Both the position numbers and the translations under genes were made by a program. A DNA stretch of 64,000 bases from Octopus sinensis (Eukaryota), in assembly GCF_006345805.1 (NCBI RefSeq), contig NC_043011.1, positions 43,288,464 through 43,352,463 on the forward strand. The letters are read 5' to 3'. The notes beneath the pieces are model-generated. The model did not search any database. It had not been told where the DNA came from and saw only the letters and a list, made by a program, of their open reading frames with translations. Positions 15,133 to 27,389 of this stretch are shown piece by piece (the first letter of the stretch is position 1; every line of letters starts with the position of its first letter).

Positions 15133-15285
15133 TGGTGATTTGTAACCAAAGATAATTCAAAGTACGCGATGATATGGACCAGGTTCAAGTGCTGACCTTG
15201 GACAACCTGTAAACTCATTTAAACAATGTTTAATATATCTAAGACAGGAAGCATTAAAAGCGGACAAGAAATTCTTAGTCAATGA

Positions 15286-15329
<44 letters not shown>

Positions 15330-16257
15330 CGGGAGACAATCTCAAAGATATTTTGGTACTATTTGTCATCCTCACTGAAGCATAGATTTCATCTCACGAG
15401 CAAAAGAAGTGAAGAAATAAAAATCAATTAATTAAGTATACGATATTGTAGGCTTGTTGAAGGATAAAATTAGAATGTTCCGAGCACACATTACGCAGAA
15501 ATACCATGATGTTTGATCTTTGTGCAGTATGAAATAAGAAAATTCAACTCTTTTCTTTTCATGGACAAATTCATTAGAATATATTTCTACTCGCAACAGA
15601 CGAGAATACCAAAATATATGAGAATATACTGCTATTATTAACCGAATTTAAGGCGGGGAGTCAGCAGAATCGTTAGAACGTCGGAAAAGGTGCTAAGCAA
15701 CATTTCGTGCGTTTTTGCGTTCTGAGTTTAGATTTCACCGAGTTCAACTTTAGCTTTCTTGCTTTTGGGGGTCGATAAAATAAGTACCAGTTCTGCCCTG
15801 GAATCGACGTAATCCACCTATCCCTGGCTTGAAGTTGCTGGCCTTATACCAAAGTTTGATACCATGATTAACCGAATTAAGGCGGGCGAACCGGCAGACT
15901 TGTCAGCGCATCAGACAAAATGCTAAGTGACATATTATCCGGTTATTTATGTCCTGAGCTGAAATCCTGCTGAAGTCAATGTTGCCTTTCACCTTTTCGG
16001 GATCGGTAAAATATGTACCAGTTATATACTGCGGTCATTATAATTGATTTGACCGTTCTCTCAAAATTCGTGTCCTTATGTCAAAATTAGAAAGACTTAA
16101 TATCCCTCGAATTTGTACTCGATGTTCAAATATTACCAATGTCAGCTTCACTGGTTGGTATTTCTGGGTCGATAAATAAAGTACTACTAGTCTACTGAAG
16201 TTGATTTTTTTCCTCACTAATCACCCCTCCCTCTCTCTCTATCTATCATTCTTTCTT

Positions 16258-16297
<40 letters not shown>

Positions 16298-17151
16298 ATA
16301 CACACAGACACTTTGTGTCAGTAATCCAAAAATCTAGCATTGCTTCAGTGTATCAGGAAGGTTCGTCTATGGAACAATCACACACATGTTATTTGAAAGA
16401 GTTGGTCAAACAAATGAATACTCACCATTGCAACCGACGGAAAAACTAGATCATTATTCTCCGCTGTTATACTGGGAGTATCATTCCAGCTGGACAAGGA
16501 AGAGTTTATAAGATCTCCATATTGTTCAGACAACATGGTATTCTGTTGCTTTGCGCAAGATCATGCCTAGTCACGTAGATATACAATTATTCTACTATAG
16601 AAATATTGGAAGCGGAGAGCTTGTCGATTACATTGACCCCAGGCGATTACATTAAGGCGGCGAGCTGGCAGAATCGTTAGCACGCCGGGCGAAATGCTTA
16701 TCGGTATTTCGTCTGCCGCTACATTCTGAGTTCAAATTCCGCCGAGGTCGACTTTGCCTTTCATCCTTTGGGGTCGATTAAATAAGTACCAGTTACGTAC
16801 TGGGGTCGATATAATCGACTTAATCTGTTTGTCTGTCCTTGTTTGTCCCCTCTATGTTTAGCCCCTTGTGGGTAGTAAAGAAAGAGATTACATTGACCCC
16901 CAGTGCTCAGCTTGTACTTATTTTACTGACCACGAATGGGCGCAAGGCAAAGGTAACCTCGGCGGAATTTGAACTCTAAGTATAAAACAGGAAGAAATGC
17001 TGCTGATGACTTTACCAGCTCGCAAAATTATAATTGAAAGCGTCTCCGTCTGTTAGTAAAGCCAAGTCTTCATCGCCCAACGTATTTAACTATTTTAAAG
17101 ACAGTAAATTTTTTTATATTAAAGGATTCCTGTGTTCTTTCTAGCAAGACA

Positions 17152-17536
17152 TGGATGGAAGCACTCCGTCGGTTACGACGGTGAGGGTTCCGGTTGATCC
17201 GAATCAACGGAACAGCTTGCTCGTGAAATTAACGTGTAAGTGGCTGAGCACTCCACAGACACGTGCACCCTTAACGTAGTTCTCGGGGATATTCAGCGTG
17301 ACACAGAGAGTGACAAGGCCGGCCCTTTGAAATACAGGTACAACAGAAACAGGAAGTAAGAGTTAGAGAAGTTGTGGTGAAAGAGTACAGCAGGGATCAC
17401 CACCATCCCTGCCGGAGCCTCATGGAGCTTTAGGTGTTTTCGCTCAATAAACACTCACAACGCCCGGTCTGGGAATCGAAACCGCGATTCTATGACCGCG
17501 AGTCCGCTGCCCTAACCACTGGGCCATTGCGCCTCC
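17152..17536 (-). mobile_element. SINE family A, full length
   Basis: TSD tctagcaagaca at 17140-17151 and 17537-17548. Confidence 0.9.
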
Positions 17537-19956
17537 TCTAGCAAGACAAACAGCTGTGTGGATGATCCTATGTGAATACGTGGACATTGATCCGGATTAA
17601 GAAATGTTTCTTAGTATTTTCACCATTGAATATGTTGATCCGCAATCAATTTAGATGAACTCTTTTCACAGTAACCTTTTTGAGTGGATCATACAAGGAA
17701 CAATGTGTAAATAATAAGTTTATTCCAATACAGGTTTGCGATTTCTTCCATATGAGGGAAGTAGTCTCTCTACACAGCGATATGGTTTGGTATGAAATAA
17801 CAGTCAAATCGTCCTCACATTGCACTCTGAAGTCTTCCTTTTTTTTAAGAAAGGATTACACTAAATAAAAGAGGAACCAGATTAAAACTGTAATTCTTTT
17901 TACCATACGTGTACTCAATCAGAGCTGAGGACTGGCTAACAAAACAAAAGAATCATCATCATCATCATCATCATCAACAACAAAAACAACAACAACAGCG
18001 CCTTCAATAATTTCAACAACAATTAAAAATAATTAATTGTTCCAACAATTATAAAAATATATTGAGAGATATTTAATTTCAGTGCAGAGAGAGTGGGGAA
18101 GAAGGAGAGGGAGAGAGAAGAGGGGAGAGGGGAAAATGAAAGTGGGAGGAAAGGAAGATAAAGAGTAAAAAAAAATGTCTTCCGATATCGCATGTCTGTG
18201 GATGTAGGCAGATTTAAAACAAAAATCTCTCCCAAGTAAACGCAAACACTTTTGAGTGATTTAATGTGCCGGATTTATTTGCATGCGCGAGAGCCTATAT
18301 ATATGTGCACGTATGTGAATGTGTGTGTGAATGTGTGTGTGTGTGTGTGTGTTATGAGTGTGTGTGTGTGTGCGCGCGCATGTATGTGTGTTTGAGTGTG
18401 TGTATGTGTGCGTGTGTGTCTGCGTGTGTGGGTCTGTGTGTGAGTGTTGTAGCGAGAGCGTGTATTTAGTTTCAGTATTACTATTAGATTAACAATAAAT
18501 ACGGCAACATAGTATTAAATAACAACTAAAGATACGTTATTTACAGTGACAGATTAGTGTTAAATTCCTGAAAATTATTTTTCAAATGCAGGCTTAATTA
18601 CTCGGTGTTAAGTTGCAGTTAATTTCCCCACTAAATTCACAGTTCTGTAAGCAGGTTCGGAATTCTGGTTTTCTAGAGATTATAGGGAAGGGAAATATAT
18701 CTTGCCATGTACAAGACTCTAGTTTACCACAAGATAACACTGTGTAACAATTTCTTATTTCTTTTTTTTTTTTTTTTTGTTGACCAACAAGTGTTTTCTT
18801 CTATTTCTCAGTAACTGTTATTTGCTATATGCTTCTATCTAGAAATCAAAGGAAGTGACTTCTATTCCCTTCAAACTTTGCTTTTGTGACCTGGACATCA
18901 ATGTCTTAACACTGGCCTATTTTCCATTAGATTTCAGAGAGATTCATGCTTGACCTAAACCTTTTCACCATGTCCCTTAGTGGCTGACAATACGTGTGTC
19001 TCTGATCATGAGCACCAGTCATGGAGGAGCATTATAACCATGTGTTGAGAGAGATTCTTTGTGGTTTAAATAAAGGTAACAAAAGCAAAGTTCGAAGGAA
19101 ATCTTAGCCATTTTACATAATTTCTAGGAATAAGCCAACAGGAAATATCAATTGCCAATCCAAGGACAAAAATTGTGTTAGACAGTGTAATTTCTGCAGA
19201 AATAAGTGTGCCTATCTATATCGAAAAGTTAAGTACCTGAGTAACATGCAAAGTAAAAGACACTTGATTGGCTTCGGGAACCACCATCAGCTGGGGATTT
19301 AATACCGTATCAACTCGGCCGTTTATTCCCTGCTTTGGGAGTTAAATTATGTAAGACGTAGCTGACAATCTTGGAATAAATTTAAGTGTATGAATTATGC
19401 GCGTGCGCGTGTGTATGTGAGAGAGAGAGAGAAATGGGGAGAGAGGGCAGGAAAGAGGCAGTTTGTTTTAGTTTTCGTTTTTGAGTTTCCAACAAATGAA
19501 GGAAAGTATCTAATTTATTCAAATACATGATTCTTACAATGTTAACATCAACTTGGTAGTCGTGTTTATATGTATATGTGTATATAGATGCGTGTGTGTA
19601 TGTGTGCGTATTTGTGTCTCTGTTTGTGTATGTGCGTTTACGTGTGTGTAGCTATGAATATGTGTGTATGCATGTATGTATTATGTATGTAATATGCTAA
19701 TATGAATATAAGCTTTAGAGTACATTCACGTATACACAGGCATGTCAAGTATGCATGTATAGTTGTCACTGAATTTGTAGATGTGTGAATTACTGACTTA
19801 CGAAAATGCACACATTCACATGTTTGTATGACTACCTATGTGTATATACTGCCCATACCTGTCTGACAAAGCTGCGAAAAATGTACACACACACAAACAA
19901 ACAAATAAACACACGCATAGTTTCCTATATAGACACATGTATGTATATCTGTATTC

Positions 19957-19960
19957 ATAT

Positions 19961-19998
<38 letters not shown>

Positions 19999-19999
19999 G

Positions 20000-20097
<98 letters not shown>

Positions 20098-20108
20098 TAT
20101 ATACATAT
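19957..20108. repeat. (TA)n microsatellite (representative)
   Basis: Directly visible. Other long TA tracts lie near 13965-14035, 23650-23725, 29185-29430, 29625-29705, 39440-39540, 45240-45340, 45420-45505 and 56140-56220. Confidence 0.97.
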
Positions 20109-20511
20109 ATGTCCGTATGTGTTGTAATCGTATCTATCATATACACCTTTGTATTTATGTATGGCATAAGATATTTGCAAGTATTGGTGTATATACTATT
20201 TTAATTACTTGTGGGAATTCTTCCATGTACGTATGCACATATCTTTTCAAGAAAATCAAATAGTGAGACTGTATAATATTTTACAATTTTTCATTGAATG
20301 GATGACGAGGTTTATGCATAATCTTTTCCTTTTTTTTTCCCCCGTTCTTCGCTACTATTTTCCAGAAATTGTAGCATCTCCTTACTGCAAAAACCCTTTC
20401 TTACATAACTCAATTCATCACTGATGTTAACTATACAGTAAAGTAATGTATGTGGAAATACTATACCATTTTATTGATTTAACTCTTTCCTCTTTTTTTT
20501 GTTACTTACAG

Positions 20512-20661
20512 CTGCTGGCAAATGGCTTGTTCTTCGCCTGCGTAAACGTGGCTGGGATATTTATCCATAATCTCACGGATCGTACCCAGCGGAAGACCTT
20601 CTACGATACGAGGAACTGTATTGCTGCACGGCTTGAGATCGAGGACGAGAATGAAAAACTA
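20512..20661 (+). CDS. ADCY1: Adenylyl cyclase (ADCY1/rutabaga-like) internal exon A, 150 nt, phase 0/0: last helix of the first TM cluster plus coiled-coil linker
   Basis: Acceptor ttacttacag ends at 20511 and donor gtaagg starts at 20662. Translates LLANGLFFACVNVAGIFIHNLTDRTQRKTFYDTRNCIAARLEIEDENEKL, recognisable as the AC1/rutabaga segment before C1a (from recalled orthologue sequences). Confidence 0.92.
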
Positions 20662-20690
20662 GTAAGGAATTTACATGAAATATTTTGTAA

Positions 20691-21053
20691 TCTCTCTCTA
20701 TATAAACGGCAGTTTGTCTGTGTGTGTTTCTGTGTGTCTGTTTGGTTGTACCCTCACCCTGACCACTGCTTTCAACCGATTCTGATGAAACTTGACACAC
20801 ACATAGCCCAATGTCATAATTCAAAACTAACGCAGCGAAAATTTTGAAAAGTTCCCCCAGTTCGATAAATTCGACATGGGGTCGAGAATCAGAAACACAA
20901 ACCACAGACTGTCTAGGGGACGCAACCCGACCTTTTTTAACTCTCAAAAAAAATTTACCATCATTTTTTTTACATTTTTTTGCTATAACTCTCTAAAAAT
21001 GCTTTATAGTTATTTCCCTTACAAACCTGAGCAACGCCGGGCGATATTGCTAG
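20691..21053 (+). mobile_element. Non-autonomous Helitron H1
   Basis: Inserted at A|T with a 5' TC start, a subterminal hairpin cctgagcaacgccggg, a 3' CTAG end and no TSD. These are the canonical Helitron termini. Confidence 0.85.
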
Positions 21054-21173
21054 TATATACATAAAGCGGCGAGCTGGCAGAATCGTTAGTACGCCAAGCA
21101 AAATGCTTTACGTTCTGGCTTTAAATATCTCCGTGATCGACTTTGCCTTTCACTCTTTTGCATCTGCAAATTA

Positions 21174-21547
21174 CGTGGAGGCGCAATGGCCCAGTGGTTA
21201 GGGCAGCGGACTCGATTCCCAGGCCGGGCGTTGTGAGTGTTTATTGAGCGAAAACACCTAAAGCTCCACGAGGCTCCGGCAAGGGATGGTGGTGATCCCT
21301 GCTGTACTCTTTCACCACAACTTTCTCTCACTCTTTCTTCCTGTTTCTGTTGTACCTGTATTTCAAAGGGCCGGCCTTGTCACTCTCTGTGTCACGCTGA
21401 ATATCTCCGAGAACTACGTTAAGGGTACACGTGTCTGTGGAGTGCTCAGCCACTTACACGTTAATTTCACGAGCAAGCTGTTCCGTTGATTCGGATCAAC
21501 CGGAACCTTCATCGTCGTAACCGACGGAGTGCTTCCATCCATCCATC
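21174..21547 (+). mobile_element. SINE family A with a head deletion, nested inside a family C SINE
   Basis: TSD catctgcaaatta at 21161-21173 and 21548-21560, and a (CCAT)n tail. The host SINE body is interrupted (about 21065-21160 resumes about 21561-21640). Confidence 0.9.
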
Positions 21548-22547
21548 CATCTGCAAATTAAGTACCAGTTGAACACTGTGGTCGATGTAATCGACTAATC
21601 TCCCCATTCGAACTTGCTGAGCCTGTGCCAAAATTTGAAATCAATATTTTGTAACATACATAAGGCGGCGAGCTGGTAGAAGTGTTATCACACCGGGCAA
21701 AATGCTTAGTGGCATTTCGCCCGTATTTACGCTCTAAATTCTGCTCTGCATCCTTGAGGAGTCGATAAAATAAGTCAAAGTTGGACATTGGCCTCGAGCA
21801 AAAATTTCATACCAATATTTTGTAACATATAGTGACAAATGATCCATTTTAAGCTCCATATTAATCTTCAAAAATGTCCGAAATCCTTAGCTTATGTTCC
21901 AGTCTTTCTTGGAAGCCATTTTAGTTTATTGACAATGTTAAAACAATTTCCCTAACGATGAGCAACGTCAGGGAAGGCACGTGATCAAAGAATGATTGAT
22001 TTTACTAACTTTTACGGTCATAGAACAGAGAATGAATTCCATTTTGTTTGTTTTGTTTTGTTTTGTTTTTCTCACGTGTCTTAGGGCTCATAAGACGTGC
22101 TACCCGGACTTCCTTGACAAATAAATGACTGAGATTGCAATATTCCCCAGTGTCCAAGATCAGCAAGTCGAATACTAGCGACTAGCCTCTCCCATCAAAA
22201 TTTTTCTTGTCTTGTACCTATTGTAGAAGGAACTATCATTATGATTTTTATTCCCATGTGACGATGCTGAAAAACAGAAACGATAACAGTAACCTTCTGT
22301 TTTTAACAATTTTTATTCCCAGGAAAGTCAACTGGCATTTTTAGAAACTAAAGAGAGAGCGTATATTTAGTTTTCTTATATCCTAGAAACACCATATAAT
22401 TCTCCCCCAATTCACATCCTATAGAAATAAAGATATTTTTATATAATATAACCAAATTAGAACATGGGTATATAGACTTTTCAGCATATGGAACCATTAA
22501 ACCCGAAATTTTCATCCCTATTTCTCTCTCCTCCTTTCCCCCGCTCT

Positions 22548-22579
<32 letters not shown>

Positions 22580-23038
22580 GTCTGTCTGTCTGTCTCTCTC
22601 TGTCTCTCTGTCTCTCTCTCTCTTCATTTTCATCCTCTCACCCCTTTCTGTCGATGAGCGTAGGCTCGGAATGTCAAATACTTTTGCATTTTTCCCGAGT
22701 GTCAAACTATTACACCTGTTTGTTCCCTCACCTTCCCTGTCATCTGTTTTCTAAACATTTAGAACCATATATAGATGGTACACCTTTTGATCATACAGCT
22801 ACTTTCTCAGGGCTGAACTCAGGCTATACAACAACTTTTATTTCATTGGTCCATGATGAATAAAGAATAACTCCCAGTTATCTTCTCAAATGAAATCACT
22901 TGACTATTTTTCTTTCTCAGTAAATATGTAGCCTTCGTGTAAAAAAATAATTCTCAAATCAGTTTTCTTTTCTCGAGAATTTGTTTTATGTGTTTTTCAA
23001 TTACTGTTGTTATTGTTGAAATTTTTGTTTTCTTTCAG

Positions 23039-23157
23039 GAAAAATTACTGCTTAGTGTTCTACCTCAGCACGTTGCTATGGAAATGAAAGATGATATTAC
23101 TACGCCACACCAGGGAATGTTTCATAAAATATACATCCAGAGGCACGACAATGTCAG
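23039..23157 (+). CDS. ADCY1: Adenylyl cyclase exon B, 119 nt, phase 0/2
   Basis: Acceptor ttttctttcag, donor gtgata at 23158. Translates [39 protein letters not shown]+AG, with the typical LLLSVLP..VA and [13 protein letters not shown] motifs. Confidence 0.95.
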
Positions 23158-23668
23158 GTGATAAATTTTTATTTTCATTATCAGAATTTCTGAAAATAAA
23201 CCGTGGCGAAGTTAACACTTTATTCCTCCGGAACCCTCTAGGAACAAAATATTCATTAGTTGGATTTGATTGATTCGGTTTCACCCAAACTCTTACAATT
23301 ATGCGGTCACATAGTGTATATATGAAGACCGGAGTCGTTGTTATAAGCATTTTCATTATAACTATGTTAATTATTCTTCTTGTAATTGACTACTAGGCCT
23401 CAAGTTACAATACAAAACGTGTTATGAAAAAAGGTTACTCAAACTTTGGGATTGTGCATATATATATCAGTATATATGTGTGTGTATTTGTGTGTGTGTC
23501 TATGTATGTGTGTATGTGTGCGTGTGTGTTTGTATGTATCTGTGTGTATTTGTGTATGTATATCCATATGTGTGTGCGTGTGTTTTTTTTTATATGTATG
23601 TATGTGTATTTGTGTATGTATTTATATACATATATATATATATGTATATATCTATATCTATCTATCTA

Positions 23669-23729
<61 letters not shown>

Positions 23730-24021
23730 GTGTGTGTGGGTATGTATATATATATATATATGCAGTTTGTTATGTGAATTTATGGAAAAGTGTCCCATAG
23801 GAACTCAACAAATTATTTAAAAAGGAAAAAGAGAAGATGTTAGAATTTGAAAAGGGCTTAATAAATGCATACCATCATTTAGAACAGCAATATTAAACGT
23901 GTAAATAACATCGTAGAATAATTAAAATCAAATCAACTTAAATTAATCACAAATCGCTGTCCTCCTCAGTGCTAGATTAATATATCAAAATTTTGTCTTC
24001 TTCTTCTTCTTCTTCTTCTTC

Positions 24022-24074
<53 letters not shown>

Positions 24075-24604
24075 GAGTGAGAGAGCAGTACATGCCATCA
24101 AAGTGACACTGGGGTAAAATATACGAAGCCCAATATACCCATCATGACTACCCGTCTGATAAGGGTACACCAGGCACATGCATCACAACCATATGTGCGC
24201 GACATGGTGATCTCATATCAAGATAAACAGCACATGACCTTGCAGGTGGGGCCCAGTTAGAATTTTCTTCAGGTTGAGTAGCCCATCCCGCTCAAAAGGT
24301 CCCTGAATAAGGGTTGTTTAAGGATGTTGAAAGAAACACCCATGTTTCCAGAGGTGAATTATTCAAACCCCAAAGAATCCCTCTCAACACATGGCTATGA
24401 TGCTCCCCCACTACTTCTGCTTGTGATCAGAGATGCACATATCGTCAGCCACTAAGGGACATGCTCAACTGAAACAACTGACAAGCAAATCTGTGGTATT
24501 GAGCAGAATATTTGCTGTAGCCCATCTTTTATACCAAGACAAAACAATGTACATGATAACACTTCCAATCAGTTAAGATCAGAAGCCATGAGAGCCACTG
24601 CCTG

Positions 24605-24606
<2 letters not shown>
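24075..24606 (-). mobile_element. About 530-bp non-coding element embedded in (TTA)n
   Basis: Flanked by (TTA)n at 24022-24074 and 24607-24663. A truncated sister at 58946-59127 is also AAT-flanked, and a shared segment of about 100 bp occurs at 18969-19072. Confidence 0.75.
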
Positions 24607-24638
<32 letters not shown>

Positions 24639-25391
24639 CATTATTATTATTATTATTATTATTACAATTTGAAGAAAATAGCAAATAACATATTCTCGGA
24701 TATACATATTTTATCCTTATGAAGAATTACGAGCATACCAAAAGAAAGTTGTTGAATCTAGTTGTGTTTTAACTAAAATCTGATGCGGCTAACGGTTATT
24801 TGAAAATATATGTGAAAGATGTTTAAGAAACATTCCCCCTATATAAAAATAAGTAGGTAATTTATTTACACTCCAAATAAGTCATTTATGACAGGGAGTT
24901 AAATGGGAAAGCATATTTATGTTTGAATTAGGATATGCTTCGACAGTTATAGTTAATATATAAGTAATATTAGGTATGGTGAATATTTAAGGAAATTATT
25001 TTTTAAGAAGAGAAAGTTTTGTGCGAAAATAATATAAAAACTCGTGAACGTAGTTTTTATTAGGCTACCTGAAGACAAAACGAAAGAAAGAAGTTATTAG
25101 TTATCTATAACGGAAAAAAATTTTTAGTGTAAGAGCTTGTATTTTTTTGTGTGTATCAAACATAATATAAAGAAATAAAAATAGAATAGTTGTTAATATT
25201 ACAGAATTAAGACAGTAAAAACTTGCTGTTGCTAAGAAATCTAAAGGAAACGTTCAAGGAAAATTATAGGTATTAAGAGGCTAAGACATTAAGAATGTAG
25301 GGGAGATAAAGCTGAGACAAAATCATAAAAATATTTATAAAAAGTTATAATTATGACTATTTAGTAGGTTGACCATGTTTTTTATAAGTAA

Positions 25392-25779
25392 CTAGCAGTA
25401 TCGCCCGGCGTTGCTCGGGTTTGTAAGGGAAATAACTATATAAGCATTTTTAGAGAGTTATAGCCAAAAAATGCATTAAAAATGGAAAAAAAACGATGGT
25501 AAATTTTTTTTTTAATCGTTGACTCATCATAGACATTTTTAGAGAGTTACTTCCCCTTATATAATAGCGAAAAAATGCATTAGAATGGAAAAAAATGATG
25601 GCAAATTATTTTTAAAATCGTAGACTCATCGTAAACGCGCGCTAATACCCAGAAGGGCTCGATATGAATCACGACTATAAGATACCCGAATTTGGTTAAA
25701 CTGCACCGCAAAATGTGGGAGTAGTTAGGAATCTAAATCGTAGGAGACAGACACACAACTTCACTTTTATATATAAAGA
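25392..25779 (-). mobile_element. Non-autonomous Helitron H2
   Basis: Minus strand: A|TCTTTATATATAAAAG ... cccgagcaacgccggg hairpin ... CTAG|T. Confidence 0.85.
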
Positions 25780-25830
25780 TAACATATGAGTTGAGGATCT
25801 AGATTGGCATAGAATATCCTCGTGTTTAAA

Positions 25831-26140
25831 GTGGCTCTCCGTCGGCTACAACGGCGAGTGTTCCAGCTGATCCGATCAACGGGACAGCCTGCTCGTGAAA
25901 TTAACGTGCAAGTGGCTGAGTGCTCCACAGTAATGCATACCCTTTACTTAGTTCTCAAGGAGAATCAGTATAATACAGAATATGACAAGGCTGGCCCTTT
26001 GAATTACAGGTACAGCTAATTGTTGCCAGCTGAGTGGACTGGAACAACGAGAAATTAAATTCTTGCTCAAGGACAAAATGCACCACTAGGAACAGAACTT
26101 ACGGCCGAATACCCTAACCATTAAGCCACTTGCCTTCACC
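25831..26140 (-). mobile_element. Hybrid SINE: family B body plus family A 3' tail
   Basis: Contains ccagctgagtggactgg...ttgctcaagg (B body, reverse orientation) and gcctgctcgtgaaattaacgtgcaagtggctgag (A tail, reverse orientation). Confidence 0.7.
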
Positions 26141-26708
26141 AAGGATCTTGTTATTAATTAAGTGAACCGTGCAGTTTATGTAACGCAGACTGACAGGCGT
26201 CGTTCTGTGGAGATTGAGCTTTATCCTTCATTATTTTCAGTAGGGGTCAATCATTTCTTTATTACCTACTTTTCTCCTATTTTTGCTGATAGACCTCGAG
26301 TTTTCTCCATGGTTTGTGTTCTGAGCTCCTGAAAACATTTCAGTAATGATCTTTCGATACCTGGTCTATCACTGGAGATGATGGTGCTCTAGATGAGCCA
26401 TTTCTTTTCTGGCCTTGGTCTTTACTGTTTACACCACAGGGGGCCTGTTGCTGACCTATGATTGACGTCCTGTTTGCTTGTGGGATTTTTTCCTTTTTAT
26501 TTTTAGCCTTTCCGTTTCTGGATAAAGGGCTTTTTTTATATTTATACTTTACTCCAACATACTTAGCAACCAGGCTTTTTTTATTCTGCACCGCTAATCT
26601 CACTGGCCTCCTTTTTCTCCAATGTAAGGGTCTCCTTTGGTCTGAGTTGACCATATATCTACCCATAAATGTGCAGACCTGGGTTAGGTCTTTATTTTTA
26701 TTCATTTA

Positions 26709-27108
26709 CTAGCAGCATAGCCCGGCGTTGCCCGGGTATGTAAGAGCCCCTAGTAGGCAACGACTAATCCCAGTCTAGTTCTTTCCCTCTAGGGAACGAA
26801 GGCGCATGTGTAGGTTGCAATGTCTTCTCTTGACTCGAATACTTCTATGTATACGATGTTCCTAGCTGTCTCCCGACAGAAAATGTGTTGCATATAAAAA
26901 GCTTAGATTCTCGACCCCATGTCAAATTTATCGATTTTTTTCAGAACTGGGGGAACTTTTCAAAATTTTCGCTGCGTTAGTTTTGAATTATGACATTGGG
27001 CTATGTGTGTGTCAAGTTTCATCAGAATCGGTTGAAAGCCGTGGTCAGGGTGAGGGTACAACCTGACAGCCACACAGACAGACAAACTGCCGTTTATATA
27101 TATAGAGA
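26709..27108 (-). mobile_element. Non-autonomous Helitron H3
   Basis: Minus strand: A|TCTCTATATATATAAACGG ... cccgggcaacgccggg hairpin ... CTAG|T. Confidence 0.85.
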
Positions 27109-27389
27109 TTTACTTATCTGAATATTGGTTGTTGTCCATGCATAAAGTCATTCCTCTCAAAAGCACTGGCTTTGCTCAAGGGAAAATCCATCACCTTACT
27201 GCCGACACAGTTTAGCATCAGTGTCCTCACAAACGCAGTTACGAGAGTGAAAAAGGTTGGCCCGAGCAGATATATCAAGGCATATTAGCTCTAATGTACG
27301 TACAGTTCCGTGGCTACCACCAGAGATTATCAGTAAGGTAATAATCTCTGGATTATAATTTAAGGAGACGTAATTTGTGATAGATTATC

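Noticed and set aside
21960-22080. CRE half-site and two CACGTG E-boxes as a regulatory module
   Set aside because: Short motifs are expected by chance in 64 kb and I have no conservation or chromatin evidence.
22030-22130. Cryptic alternative exon after a strong T-rich acceptor (tcttag at about 22084)
   Set aside because: Stops follow quickly and there is no cyclase similarity or clear donor.
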